A stretch of 64,000 bases of DNA, from assembly GCA_963847185.1 (NCBI GenBank), contig CAWJYV010000010.1, positions 448,001-512,000 on the forward strand, given 5' to 3'. Numbering within the stretch: position 1 is the first letter of the stretch; every line of letters starts with the position of its first letter. The position numbers and the translations under genes are program-made. The notes beneath the pieces are model-generated. The model did not search any database and had not been told where the DNA came from. It saw only the letters and a program-made list of their open reading frames with translations. This stretch comes from an uncultured Methanosarcinaceae archaeon. GTDB taxonomy: Archaea > Halobacteriota > Methanosarcinia > Methanosarcinales > Methanosarcinaceae. Positions 47,536 to 58,247 of the stretch are shown here, piece after piece.

Positions 47536-48438
47536 TTAAGGTTTTTTTCTTAAAGTAAGCATGAATCCAAATACTGCCGGCAATAATGAAGTTAAGAGAT
47601 AAAGGATAACAGAGCAGGAAAAGCCGTATGCAGAGCTTTCACCCAATAAATTGAATATTGTAACGCTTACAAATTCTCTGACTCCAAATCCTGATATAGA
47701 AATTGGGAAGTTACCCAAAACTACTATTATCGGAAGGGAAAACGTGAGTAAACTGTTTAATGCAGGATTTAAGGATTTTATAACTATCCAGTACACAAAT
47801 AAGTTCAGCAAATAATATCCAAGAGTGAGTGAAAAAACAGAAAAAATAACTTTTTTATTTCCAGCAATTTCCTTTATTGTCCGAATATAGTTTTCTTTAT
47901 ATTGATTATTTTGCGAAAATATTCCAAAAATAAGAGTTATGATCTTTTCATTTGTGATGACGACCATTCCGGCAATGAATATCGACATTACTGACGCCAT
48001 AAGATAGATTAAATTTCTGTCATTAAAAAAGAAAACTATTGATAAGACACTTAATACCAGAAGACAGATCATATCAATAATCCTATCCATTATTACGGTT
48101 GGTATGCTTCTGGAGTTTTCAGCGTTCAAGTAAAAAGCTCTCGAGACTTCTCCAGCCCTGCCTGGAGTAAGAGCCCCATAGAAAGTACCTATAAGAATTA
48201 TCTCCAGTGACCTGCGAACCGGAACCCTAACATCAATGCAGTTAAGCAAAGCCTGCCACTTTCTTGCTTTTATTAGATACATGAGAACAATAAAAGGAAG
48301 AGAAGAAGAGAGTAGAACTATATCAATTTGAGTAAAGGTTCCGTAAATAGTATTTACATCAAGTTTACTTACAAGGTAAAACATTAATCCCAGGCTGACT
48401 GCAGTCTTACCTACCGTTTTCCAGTTCATAGCTATCAA
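47536..48438 (-). CDS. UPF0104/LPG-synthase-TM (AglD2-like) putative flippase
   Basis: KA.KW, TPGRAGEV.RA, DR..D, PISISGFGVRE motifs. Confidence 0.88.
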   Translation of the reverse strand: MIAMNWKTVGKTAVSLGLMFYLVSKLDVNTIYGTFTQIDIVLLSSSLPFIVLMYLIKARKWQALLNCIDVRVPVRRSLEIILIGTFYGALTPGRAGEVSRAFYLNAENSRSIPTVIMDRIIDMICLLVLSVLSIVFFFNDRNLIYLMASVMSIFIAGMVVITNEKIITLIFGIFSQNNQYKENYIRTIKEIAGNKKVIFSVFSLTLGYYLLNLFVYWIVIKSLNPALNSLLTFSLPIIVVLGNFPISISGFGVREFVSVTIFNLLGESSAYGFSCSVILYLLTSLLPAVFGFMLTLRKKP

Positions 48439-49348
48439 AATTTATAATATAGTCATCGTTGTTTCTGGAGTTCGTGATCAGTTCTCCTATCAGTCCCAGA
48501 GATACAAACTGAGCTCCCAGTACTGTAAGTAATATTCCCAGCATCAACAGAGGCCTGTCTCCTATCTTTATACCTCTGATCCACAGATAGACCAGGTGCA
48601 GGTTTATTGTTATTGCTGAGAATATGAGTAAGAAGCCGATACCCCCGAATACGTGAAGGGGTCTTTTCTTGTATAGAGTCAAAAATGTGACTGTAATCAG
48701 GTCCAGAAAGCCTTTAAAAAGTCTTTCAACTCCATATTTGGATTTTCCACGGACTCTGGGGTGATGTTCGACTTCTATTTCTCCAACAGTATATCCTTTC
48801 CAGTGAGCTAGAGCAGGAATATAGCGATGGAATTCTCCATATAAATTTACGTTTTTTACGACATAATTTCTATATCCTTTAAATCCGCAGTTGAAGTCAT
48901 GAATTTTGACTCCTGTGATATATCGAGTCAATGCATTAAAGAATCTTGAGGGAATAGTTTTTGAAACAGGGTCCTGCCTTTTACTCTTCCAGCCTGAAAC
49001 CATATCAAATTCTTTTAATTTTTCAAGAAATCTGGGAATCTCTTTCGGATCGTCCTGCAGATCTCCATCCATAGTAATAACAAAATTTCCCTTTGATTTT
49101 TTGAATCCGCAGGAGAGAGCTGCAGATTTCCCATGGTTCGTCTGGAACCTTATGATTCTAACTTCACTATCTTGGATTGCCTGTAATTTTTCAAAAGTAT
49201 TATCTGTAGATCCATCATCTACAAAGATGATCTCAGATGTTTTACCCAATCTGGATAAAATCTCATGTAATTTATTATATAATTCCTCTACGTTTTCTCC
49301 TTCATTACAAACAGGGATTATAATTGAGAGATCTGGTTTATAGGGCAT
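48407..49348 (-). CDS. GT2 polyprenol-phosphate glycosyltransferase (DPM1/ArnC-like)
   Basis: SIIIPV.NE, VDDGSTD, MDGDLQDDP, DFNCGFK, HRYIP, H.PR..GKSKY; two C-terminal TM helices. Confidence 0.93.
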   Translation of the reverse strand: MPYKPDLSIIIPVCNEGENVEELYNKLHEILSRLGKTSEIIFVDDGSTDNTFEKLQAIQDSEVRIIRFQTNHGKSAALSCGFKKSKGNFVITMDGDLQDDPKEIPRFLEKLKEFDMVSGWKSKRQDPVSKTIPSRFFNALTRYITGVKIHDFNCGFKGYRNYVVKNVNLYGEFHRYIPALAHWKGYTVGEIEVEHHPRVRGKSKYGVERLFKGFLDLITVTFLTLYKKRPLHVFGGIGFLLIFSAITINLHLVYLWIRGIKIGDRPLLMLGILLTVLGAQFVSLGLIGELITNSRNNDDYIINFDSYELENGR

Positions 49349-49890
49349 TTACCGTTTTCTCCTAGAGTGGCTCAATATTTACCTGTAAAACTGCAACTCA
49401 AGTAATTTCTGGGACATAAGTTCACGCTCATCAAATTTGAATCTGGATAATAGAGGAAGATTTGACTTGAAAGTGCAACAGGCTGAAACAAAACCTCTTT
49501 TACAATAATAATTTAAGCCATGCCAAAGTTTCTACGAAACTAATTGATATAATCTTTAAATTAATTTTAAATTATATAAGAAGCTCTTTATTCTATAAAA
49601 TAAACCTAAATAAAGATTACCGGCGTAGTAACAATATCCAATGAGTACAGATAACTTATCTACAAAATTATGTAAAAAGCAATTAATTACTCCCTTTAAA
49701 AGCTAAGATCAGGTTATACTTTTATAAAAATGTTTTTAAAATTCATAAATTTCGATTATCAGCCTGAAATCTTATGCTAAATAACTTGAAACATATAAAC
49801 TGATGCAATATGAAAAAAATTAAAAATGAAAAATGGGGATTTTAAAGAAAAAAGTAACTTTTTAGAAAAATATGTTTTTTGAAACTCACA

Positions 49891-52800
49891 TTACTCAACA
49901 AAATAAATCATTTCGTTAGGCATAAGAGTCAGTTCATTATTTTCTATTCCTGCCTGCACAAGCTTTTCAATCTTTTCCTTTGTATTTTTACGCGTAGTCC
50001 TTATTCCAAGTACTCTTGAAGTCTGCACAATCAGATCTTCAAGAGGAGTTGAATACTGGGAATTAAGAACAAAACTTACAGCTTCTTTTATTTCCTCGTC
50101 ACAAACCCACTCAATTTTCGCATATGTATCCCCATCACGCCTGCGCAGGAGACAGGCTGGTTCCGAAACAGGCCAGTAGAACTCACCTTCTACCCTGATT
50201 TTTCCGGATTTTTCGGCAAATGCCGCTGCATCAAATATTCTCTGTTTGACTTTGCCAAGCATGCGAGTAACCCCTGTATTGGATTTTATCCTCTGGACCA
50301 GGGCTTCCGCATGAATAGGACCTTCATACTCTACAATACTTATTACTGTCTCCTCAAGCTGTTTATCTGAAAACTCAGAAAGGTCTCCTGACTGCGGGAG
50401 GCCTGAAGATGGACAGAATCTGTAAAGGGGAACTCCAGCCTCAAGAGAGTTATATTTCTCGGGCAGCTTTTCAGACCCGTTTGCACTTGAAGGCAGCTCT
50501 ACCGTCCTGGCAGTATCATCAGACAGGAATTCAGAACTATCTTCCATATAGGATTCACCCTCATCAGCTGTTAAAGGAGCTAATTTTGAAGAGGTATCAG
50601 ACTCAGTTTCTGCTTTAAGGTCAGAACCAGAATAAGATTTGGCTTTGGAAGCAAATTCAACTCCCTGTTCAATGCCTGGCTCAAGTTCGGATTCTATTTC
50701 TGGTATAATTTCCGGTTCCGACCTCCAGGTATTATCTGCATAGTTATCTTCTTCGGAATAAAGCTCTGGCTCGGAATATTCTCCAGAACCGTAAATATAA
50801 GCGAACTCGTTCAACCTCCTGCTTTTCCTTCTCTTCTCAGTACCTGCACTGAAATCGATCTCAGGATAGGCCTGGAAAAAGCTCATCTTTTCAGGTTCGG
50901 GTTCAGGTACAAGTTTTGAAGGGTCCTGCTCTTCGGAACATGGATCTACCTTGAATTTAAGGATTTTTGATTTCCCTGACCTTCTAACAGGTTTTTTGCG
51001 AGAGTTTTCATCTGCCAGCATAGCCATAGATTCGGCTTTTAAAGCCATTTCTGGCAGGAAATCCGGATTTGAGGGGGCTGTAAGTCCCTCCTCCAGCTTG
51101 AAAGAAGGATAGGAATCTTCGGTTTCGGCCGCAAAGGAAGAATCCGGAAAAGATTTCACTTTAAAGAATTCAGGTCCAGGTTTTTCTCTTGCTTCACTCT
51201 CAAGACCAGAAATAGACAGGACCGGACTTTCAGGAGAGGCAGGGATTGCAGAGGAAGCAGGAACTGCAGGTAATTGAGGGATAACAGGTGAAATAGGAAC
51301 TGTGGATGAAACAGATACTTCAGGTAAACTCGAGGACATTCCTGCAGGACTTTTGCTTGCAGATTCCGCCCAGACACGAGGCTCGTGAATAACCGGAACC
51401 TCAGATTTGGGCTCGGATTTGGCCTGCATTTCAGCCTGCTTTACAGCCCCTTTTACAGCCTCAAGCAGTCTCTCTTTACTTTCTTTCGGGTGTAGATACC
51501 AATCCGTTGACCATACCCTGTAGATCTTCCAGCCCAGCCCTTCGAGCACCTGCTGGCGCAAACGGTCGCGATCCCTTGCAACATGCGAAGTATAGTAACC
51601 TGCTCCATCGCACTCAATTCCGAGCACGTATCTGCCGGAGTGAACCGGATCCGGGACTGCAAGATCAAGCCTGTATCCGGCACAGCCGATCTGCCTGTGG
51701 ACTTCACAGCCACCCTCTGTCAGGAAATTCGAGACTGCTTCTTCGAAATGGGAATTGAAATCTTCCTTACTGCATGCAGGAGAAGGAAGCTTCCCGCTTT
51801 CTGCAAACTCAAGGAAGACTTTCAGGGACTTTAGCCCGAAAGGTGAATTTTCATCAAGATTCAGGTCCCTTGATGTAAAGTTTGCAAAGACCACACATTT
51901 TTCCCTGGCTCGTGTAATAAGAACATTCAGGCGCCTTTCTCCTCCTTCACGGTTAAGGGGGCCAAAGTTCAGGGAGAGCTTCCTGCTGTTATCAAAGCCG
52001 AAACCTACGCTCAGAAGAATAACATCCCTTTCATCACCCTGAATTGTTTCAAGATTCTTTACGAAGAAATGCTCACCTCTGTCATTTCCGGAATTCAGTT
52101 CAAATCCTGGGTTTACTTTGAGAAGAGCCTCAATCTCTTCCTGGATAGCTTCCTGTTGTTTTATGTTAAAAGTCCCGACCCCGAGACTTTTGCCAGGATA
52201 CCTGCTAAAGTGTTCGAAGACAGCCCTTGCAACTGCCCTTGCTTCTACTCTGTTGGCTCCACTCTTGCCTCTATCATACACAGCATCAGGAAGATGTACA
52301 AATTTCAGCCCAAGCTTTTCATCTTTCTGCATGGGAGAGGGATAGACATAGAGGCGGTTATCATAAAACTCCTGATTTGAAATTGCAATCAGGGACTCAT
52401 GCCTGCTCCTGTAATGCCAGCGCAGGGTCTTAACAGGGAAACTGCGCTTGCAGACATTCAGGATGCTTTCCATATCCCCTGCAGAAGCACGGTCATCCGG
52501 CTCGCTTTCAGGAGAATCAAGGACAGTATCGAAGAAATCGGTAGGTGGGAGCTGTTTTGAATCCCCCATCACCACGACCTGCTTTCCGCGCAGGAGGGCC
52601 CCGACAGCATCTTCAGGTCTGACCTGGCTGGCTTCGTCAAAAATAATTACATCAAAACGAGTGCTTCTGGGGTCAAGGTACTGGGCAATGGAAAGCGGGC
52701 TCATTAAGAAACAGGGCTTGATTCTCTGAATCAGGCCTCCTGCCTTTGTCATGAGGGCGCGGATGGGCATATGTCCCCTTTTTCTGTTAAACTCATTGAG

Positions 52801-55542
52801 CAAAATTCCGGCTTCTGATGCCCTTGATGCTCCGAATGTCAGTTTAGGAGCTTCCTCATAAGCAGAACAGATAATTCTTTTTCTGTTTTCCAGAAGAACT
52901 TTTTTGTCAAGCTCCGTGAATTTGTTAATTTTGCCTTCATGCATCTCCCGGATAAAAGTAGAAAGTGCAGGTCTTTCTTTAAAGGCACGGTGCAGGAGGA
53001 GCTCGGCATAATTTCCTTCAAAAACAGGGATCATATCACAGGCTTCTATTTTACCTGTCTCAATATCTTCCATCATTGGAGATGCTTTTGTTTCCAGACA
53101 GGCCTGTCTGTATCCGAGATACTGACTCCAGAATACCAGGGAAGAAGTGTCGGTTTTCCATTTGCTTACACGGGATTTAAACTGGCTTACTTTTATGTTC
53201 TCGAGATTGTTACCAAACATTTTCCCGAAATTTGCCCCTATACGAGCTCCAACTTTTTCAAGGGACGTCAAAAACACCTGCTTTGCGGTATTAACCTCAC
53301 TTATTGCAGATTCGAGTGCAACCTTATCGATCCCGAGTCCTGCAAGTCTGACAATCCTGTCAGTAAATATATTTTCCTTTATGTACTTATTGAAAAGAAT
53401 TATCCACTCCACATACTCTTCCAGAAGGACAGGATCGCTTTCAAAGCCTTTCCAGTAATCCCGGAAGTATTTTTTGCCCTTCGTCTCAGCTCCCTCGAGT
53501 TCCAGTCTGCGGACTTCACATTCGGAAATGCAGGCGAGGTCAAGCAGGATTCTATTATCCTGGGAAGGAACCTCTGAGATGTAACAGGCTGAAATTTCTT
53601 TTTTGAGCTTTCTATATCCGGGATTCAGGATTTTGAGAAACTTGCGGGACAATTCCTCGAATCCTGAAGTATTAAGGTTAAAAATCGAAGGGTGAAAAGT
53701 CCTTTCTACAAAAGTTTTCAGTTCTCTGTACTGCCTGAGTTTCGAAATAAGAGCTTCTGCTTCAGCAATTGAGGAATCGGATTCCCATTCCTGACTCCTG
53801 AGCATTTCTTCAGGCAGAGGTTTTGAGGCTTCGAGAAGTTTTGCGGCATCGATTACAACCTTAATTTCCTCCAGAGTATGGGGCTTTGAGGTTGCAGAAA
53901 GGTCATTGAGAGTTTTTATGGCTGTTTCCAGAGCTTCAAAAGCAGCAGCACATTCATCTGTGAGAGGTTCGATTTCCCCAAGATCCGAAGGCAGTACAAG
54001 CCCCGGCTCACAGCCATACCAGGGATTTTTTCTGGCCGGCCCGAGGATAGGAAGTACCTGTCCAATTTTTTCTAAAACAGATTCCGCTTCAGTCCAGGTT
54101 TCAGGCCCCCAGTTCTCAGGCTCCTGAAATTCATAACGAGGCATTTTCAAGCCCTTTGCCTCAAAATAAGCCCTTGTCTTTTCTCTTACTCCGTAGAGAG
54201 CATATAAGCTGGGATATAGAGTACCTGCAGGTTTTCCAAGAGACACAGCATACTCGTTAAGTTCCTGTTTCAGCTTTTCGAGTTCGTTTAAGTCCCTGTC
54301 AGGGCTTATAGGGGCAGGAGCTGCACGGTTCAAAGTTTTATCCAGTTCTTCAAGTACTGCCTTTTTCCGTGTCTGGTTGCTGTGAATCTCAAGGCAGAGC
54401 TCTCCCAGACCTGCAGTATCCAGCCTGCTCTTTACTACCTGAAGGGCAGCCATTTTTTCGCTCACGAAAAGTACACTTTTGCCCTGGGCCATCAGTTCTG
54501 CAATTGTATTTGCAATTGTCTGAGATTTTCCTGTTCCTGGAGGCCCCTCGACAACAAGATCTTTTCCGGCCTTTACATCTTCAATGACCGCTATCTGGGA
54601 GGAGTCGGCATCCATTATATGATATGTATCTTTTGCTGACAGCTTCAGATCAACTTCTTCTTCCAGAAAACCTGAGACCTCACACTCTGGATCCTGGGGA
54701 TTAAAGATTCTCTGGATTAGAGGATGCTCTGCTGGAGACATATCCTCAGGCCAGGTTGCAGGATCAAGGTCCTTGTACATGACAAACTTTCTAAAATTGA
54801 AAAGGTCAAGGCAAACTTCAGGAAGAAGTTGCCAGTCCTTTTTTTCATGGACTGCCGTGGAGACAGCATTGAGATAGTCCTCAATTCCTGCCGCTTCTTC
54901 AGGCATCTCAAACTCCTGGATCTGGATCCCGAATTCTTTCATTTTTGCCTGCAGGGTAATTGAGGTGAATACCTCATCTCCTGTCCACTGAATACTGAAG
55001 TTTCTGCCTTTTCCTATCCTTTTGAGCTCAACAGGAACCAGGAGAAGAGGAGCCTTGGGATTTTTTACGGAAGATTTACTTTCACTCCATTGCAGAAAAC
55101 CCATTGCAAGATAGAGTACAGGGTACCCCTGTTCTTCAAAGATAGAATTAGCCTGGTTAAAAACATAAAAAAGTTTTCTATCAAGGGTATCACTGTCATC
55201 AGGAGTATCCAGAAAAGTTTCAGATCGGGAACTTTGAGGTTTAGCATCTTCTTCGGAAAGCAGAATTTTCCCTATAGTTTTCAAAAGCCTGCTTTCATTT
55301 TCTGCTTCATTCTCTTCTTCCTCCCCATTTTCGGCTTTTCTGCCTTTTTTGGGCTTTGCTTTTGCCCTGAACCTCATTGATTTTTCCTGGAGAACAAAAA
55401 ACTCATAAACTTCCTCAGGAGTTCTTCCTGCAATTGAGATTGTTCTTTTCTGGGAAGGACGATAATTAAGAAGGTTATTTCGAAGAGACAGATCAAGCAA
55501 ATTCTGTCTCAGTGCTTCTAAGTCCCTGACTACATCTACCAT
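49891..55542 (-). CDS. DUF4011 - SF1 helicase - Vsr-like nuclease - DUF3320 protein (Hhe-like)
   Basis: LLDLSLRNNLLN, GPPGTGKSQT, DEASQ, GDSKQLPP, HYRSR, QGDERD, LNVLITRAR, GIECDG...RDRDRLRQQVLE.LGW, C-terminal EGPIH domain. Confidence 0.9.
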   Translation of the reverse strand: MVDVVRDLEALRQNLLDLSLRNNLLNYRPSQKRTISIAGRTPEEVYEFFVLQEKSMRFRAKAKPKKGRKAENGEEEENEAENESRLLKTIGKILLSEEDAKPQSSRSETFLDTPDDSDTLDRKLFYVFNQANSIFEEQGYPVLYLAMGFLQWSESKSSVKNPKAPLLLVPVELKRIGKGRNFSIQWTGDEVFTSITLQAKMKEFGIQIQEFEMPEEAAGIEDYLNAVSTAVHEKKDWQLLPEVCLDLFNFRKFVMYKDLDPATWPEDMSPAEHPLIQRIFNPQDPECEVSGFLEEEVDLKLSAKDTYHIMDADSSQIAVIEDVKAGKDLVVEGPPGTGKSQTIANTIAELMAQGKSVLFVSEKMAALQVVKSRLDTAGLGELCLEIHSNQTRKKAVLEELDKTLNRAAPAPISPDRDLNELEKLKQELNEYAVSLGKPAGTLYPSLYALYGVREKTRAYFEAKGLKMPRYEFQEPENWGPETWTEAESVLEKIGQVLPILGPARKNPWYGCEPGLVLPSDLGEIEPLTDECAAAFEALETAIKTLNDLSATSKPHTLEEIKVVIDAAKLLEASKPLPEEMLRSQEWESDSSIAEAEALISKLRQYRELKTFVERTFHPSIFNLNTSGFEELSRKFLKILNPGYRKLKKEISACYISEVPSQDNRILLDLACISECEVRRLELEGAETKGKKYFRDYWKGFESDPVLLEEYVEWIILFNKYIKENIFTDRIVRLAGLGIDKVALESAISEVNTAKQVFLTSLEKVGARIGANFGKMFGNNLENIKVSQFKSRVSKWKTDTSSLVFWSQYLGYRQACLETKASPMMEDIETGKIEACDMIPVFEGNYAELLLHRAFKERPALSTFIREMHEGKINKFTELDKKVLLENRKRIICSAYEEAPKLTFGASRASEAGILLNEFNRKRGHMPIRALMTKAGGLIQRIKPCFLMSPLSIAQYLDPRSTRFDVIIFDEASQVRPEDAVGALLRGKQVVVMGDSKQLPPTDFFDTVLDSPESEPDDRASAGDMESILNVCKRSFPVKTLRWHYRSRHESLIAISNQEFYDNRLYVYPSPMQKDEKLGLKFVHLPDAVYDRGKSGANRVEARAVARAVFEHFSRYPGKSLGVGTFNIKQQEAIQEEIEALLKVNPGFELNSGNDRGEHFFVKNLETIQGDERDVILLSVGFGFDNSRKLSLNFGPLNREGGERRLNVLITRAREKCVVFANFTSRDLNLDENSPFGLKSLKVFLEFAESGKLPSPACSKEDFNSHFEEAVSNFLTEGGCEVHRQIGCAGYRLDLAVPDPVHSGRYVLGIECDGAGYYTSHVARDRDRLRQQVLEGLGWKIYRVWSTDWYLHPKESKERLLEAVKGAVKQAEMQAKSEPKSEVPVIHEPRVWAESASKSPAGMSSSLPEVSVSSTVPISPVIPQLPAVPASSAIPASPESPVLSISGLESEAREKPGPEFFKVKSFPDSSFAAETEDSYPSFKLEEGLTAPSNPDFLPEMALKAESMAMLADENSRKKPVRRSGKSKILKFKVDPCSEEQDPSKLVPEPEPEKMSFFQAYPEIDFSAGTEKRRKSRRLNEFAYIYGSGEYSEPELYSEEDNYADNTWRSEPEIIPEIESELEPGIEQGVEFASKAKSYSGSDLKAETESDTSSKLAPLTADEGESYMEDSSEFLSDDTARTVELPSSANGSEKLPEKYNSLEAGVPLYRFCPSSGLPQSGDLSEFSDKQLEETVISIVEYEGPIHAEALVQRIKSNTGVTRMLGKVKQRIFDAAAFAEKSGKIRVEGEFYWPVSEPACLLRRRDGDTYAKIEWVCDEEIKEAVSFVLNSQYSTPLEDLIVQTSRVLGIRTTRKNTKEKIEKLVQAGIENNELTLMPNEMIYFVE

Positions 55543-55560
55543 AAAAATACCAGGCCCTTT

Positions 55561-55688
55561 AAAATAATGAATACTTCAAACAGTGAATAATTTCAATAAC
55601 AATTATTTTCAAATGATGAAACTTTCAAATGATGAATACTTTCAATACCATAATTTTCAAATGATGAATACTTTCAAATAATGAATAA
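55561..55688. repeat. Degenerate 15-17-bp tandem repeats (AAATGATGAATACTTTC) upstream of the helicase gene
   Basis: About 7 imperfect units between the promoter region and the ATG. Confidence 0.7.
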
Positions 55689-55946
55689 ATATATTATGAT
55701 TGATAAGAATGCAGGATATTTAAATAAATTTTGATATGTTCTGCCGGAAACAAAATTTTGAATATAAAAGAAATATACGTCGGATGGTTAAGAAAACCTC
55801 AGAAAATAATGCATTTTAGGACAATACATTCAAGAATAATTTCTTCTTATACTTGAGAACTTTCTTGCTTATTAGACTTAACGGTTTATTACATTTTTAT
55901 CTATACCATCTTTCCAGTTTTTCCCTTGCAGAGAGTATCTTCACGT

Positions 55947-56828
55947 TTAGCTCTCCTCTCCAAGGCTCACAAGAAAAGAGCTGGAAAGAATAAGAAGGCA
56001 ACCAATCAGAGTTTCGACAGAAATAGGGTCTTTCAAAATAAGAGATGCGAAAAAGATTGTACTTACCGGCTCAAGGAGGGAAATTATACTTGCATTCTGG
56101 GCTCTGACATGAACAAGCCCTGTAAAGTAAAGAATTGAACCCAGGGAGGTGATCATTATCCCCAGAAACAGCAGAACAGGCAGGTTTTCAATGAGGGAAG
56201 CTATAGATGCCTGCCATACAAAAGGGATTAAAAACACAAGCGTTACCCCGGTTGAGATAAAAAGCTGCTCAAGGCCTGAATATTCGTCCCTGAGATAGCG
56301 AGAAGTCATGATAATACAGGCGTAAAAGAAACCTGCAAAAAGTCCCATCAAAACCCCGAAAAGGTATCCTGATTCAAGACCTGTCTGGCTGAAATCAAGG
56401 TTTTCCGGACCTACAACGATCACTATACCCAGAAGTGAAATAATAAGAGCAGCAAGGCTTTTTCCACCGGGTTTTTCTTTCAACAGGACAGGGGCAATAA
56501 GTAAAATGTAAAGCGGAGCGGTATAAAGCAGGAGCACCGACATAGAGACATTTGTGAAGCTCACGGCTGTATAATAAGAGATCATTACACCTGCATGCCA
56601 GATCCCAAGAAGAATAAGGGCTTTTCTTTTTCCTCGAAGCCGAATTCCTGAGAACTTTCCTGTTGCTGCCATATAAGCCGCAAGGGCAAGAAAACCAAAC
56701 AGTAACTGGTAAAAAACCACAGGCCCTTCAGCCATATTATTTATGAAAAGGAAAAAAATTCCCGCAAATCCGTAAATAACGGATGCAGCAACTACCTGGA
56801 CATTTGCTCTTATGTACTCCGGCTCCAT
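55947..56828 (-). CDS. DMT/EamA family transporter
   Basis: LLLYTAP, LKEK, SLLEPV; paralogue of 43411-44388. Confidence 0.92.
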   Translation of the reverse strand: MEPEYIRANVQVVAASVIYGFAGIFFLFINNMAEGPVVFYQLLFGFLALAAYMAATGKFSGIRLRGKRKALILLGIWHAGVMISYYTAVSFTNVSMSVLLLYTAPLYILLIAPVLLKEKPGGKSLAALIISLLGIVIVVGPENLDFSQTGLESGYLFGVLMGLFAGFFYACIIMTSRYLRDEYSGLEQLFISTGVTLVFLIPFVWQASIASLIENLPVLLFLGIMITSLGSILYFTGLVHVRAQNASIISLLEPVSTIFFASLILKDPISVETLIGCLLILSSSFLVSLGEES

Positions 56829-56895
56829 GACCCCTGCAAATAAGAGTTTCTGTTAAATAAGGCTTTCTTGGGCTGAATACGGATTACTTCTTTTC

Positions 56896-57657
56896 TCATG
56901 AAAGGGATGAGTCAGGCTTTGAAAGCTTATTTTTCACTCCAAGTATCCTTACAATCACCAGGCTGATCTCAAAAAAGATTACCATTGGCACGGTAACCAT
57001 GAGCAGGCTAAAAACATCAGTGCCGGGTGTAACTGCAGCTGCAATAAACATTACAATGATATATATGTGCTTGCGGTAGGTCACAAGAGTATCATATTTA
57101 ACAAATCCGTTTCGGGTCAGGAAAGTGAGCACTATCGGAAGCTCAAAGACCAGCCCGAAAATAGCTGTGGTTGTTGCTATAAATGAAATAAACTTAAAGA
57201 TTGAATAAGTAGCAGTTACCCCAGAACTTTCTGCATCCATATAGAGGAACTTAAGAAAGAGAGGCAACATTAAGAAGTAAGAATATGCAGCCCCAAGAGC
57301 AAACATAATTATAACTGCTATGCTGAGGAAAATAAACTGGCCTTTTCCAATGGATATTGGAATTTTAATTGAATACCTTCTCGAAATGGCCCTATAAGTA
57401 TAGAATGCAATAATAGGCAGGGTAAAGAGGAGCCCTATTATGATAGAGAGTTTTAACTCCAGCATCATTACTTCGAGAGGAGATACATAAACCAGTTTTG
57501 CACCTTCCGGCAGGAGGTCAGTTTTCATTCTCCCGATCAGAGGACCAGTAAATTGGAAAGAGACAATAACGCCTGTGAGAAGAACCGCAGCTATCACAAG
57601 CAATTTATTTCGCAGGGTCACTAAGATTGCACTTAAATTTTCAATAGCTTCAGACAT
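56896..57657 (-). CDS. tatC: TatC family protein (divergent copy)
   Basis: SPLE, FGLVFELP, YRKH, TPGTD, FFEIS. Confidence 0.85.
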   Translation of the reverse strand: MSEAIENLSAILVTLRNKLLVIAAVLLTGVIVSFQFTGPLIGRMKTDLLPEGAKLVYVSPLEVMMLELKLSIIIGLLFTLPIIAFYTYRAISRRYSIKIPISIGKGQFIFLSIAVIIMFALGAAYSYFLMLPLFLKFLYMDAESSGVTATYSIFKFISFIATTTAIFGLVFELPIVLTFLTRNGFVKYDTLVTYRKHIYIIVMFIAAAVTPGTDVFSLLMVTVPMVIFFEISLVIVRILGVKNKLSKPDSSLS

Positions 57658-57876
57658 ATAGAGTACCTATCCGGAAAGCAAAAGGAAATTCGTTATCCTA
57701 TTTCAAGGAGCTCTTATCCATTGCAGGAATTTATATCATCAACTTTCCTTTTCCTATTTTGTTTTTTCCTTTCAGTTTTGTCCAGTTTCTTCAATTTCAA
57801 TTATTTCAACTTTTTTTCTAAAATTGCCAGTATTCGGAAGAGCACTTATCAACCAATCAGGTTATATTAAAAATCA

Positions 57877-57962
57877 TACTATTATCTTAATTAGATTATA
57901 TTATATATTTATTATCTTAATTAGGTTATATTAAGCATATTACTATCTTAACTGAATCATAC
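57877..57962. repeat. ~31-bp degenerate triple repeat (TATTATCTTAATTAGATTATATT) in the tatC-tatC divergent region
   Basis: Three TATCTTAA-containing units at roughly 31-bp spacing. Confidence 0.6.
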
Positions 57963-58247
57963 TATAATGATTTAAATAGCATAAATATTCAGGTATGTAA
58001 CGTAACTATCAGGCATTATACGTATATAGTGGATATGTATTGTTGAAGAGAGAATTCAAGACAATTGTGAGTAAGCTAGATTGCGAGATAAGCTAGATTG
58101 CAAGGTGCTGCACAAAATATGTATGTACAAGATATTGGAATATCTTCAGAGGTTTTGGAATATTTTCAAAGGAGCTTCCAGGTTCAGAATCAATAATATA
58201 TTCCGATATTAATATATTTAGGTACGTGTAAGTAAGAGCGGAAAAAA

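Noticed and set aside
52939-53577. 212-aa + strand ORF within the helicase gene
   Set aside because: Antisense shadow with Phe/Leu-biased composition.
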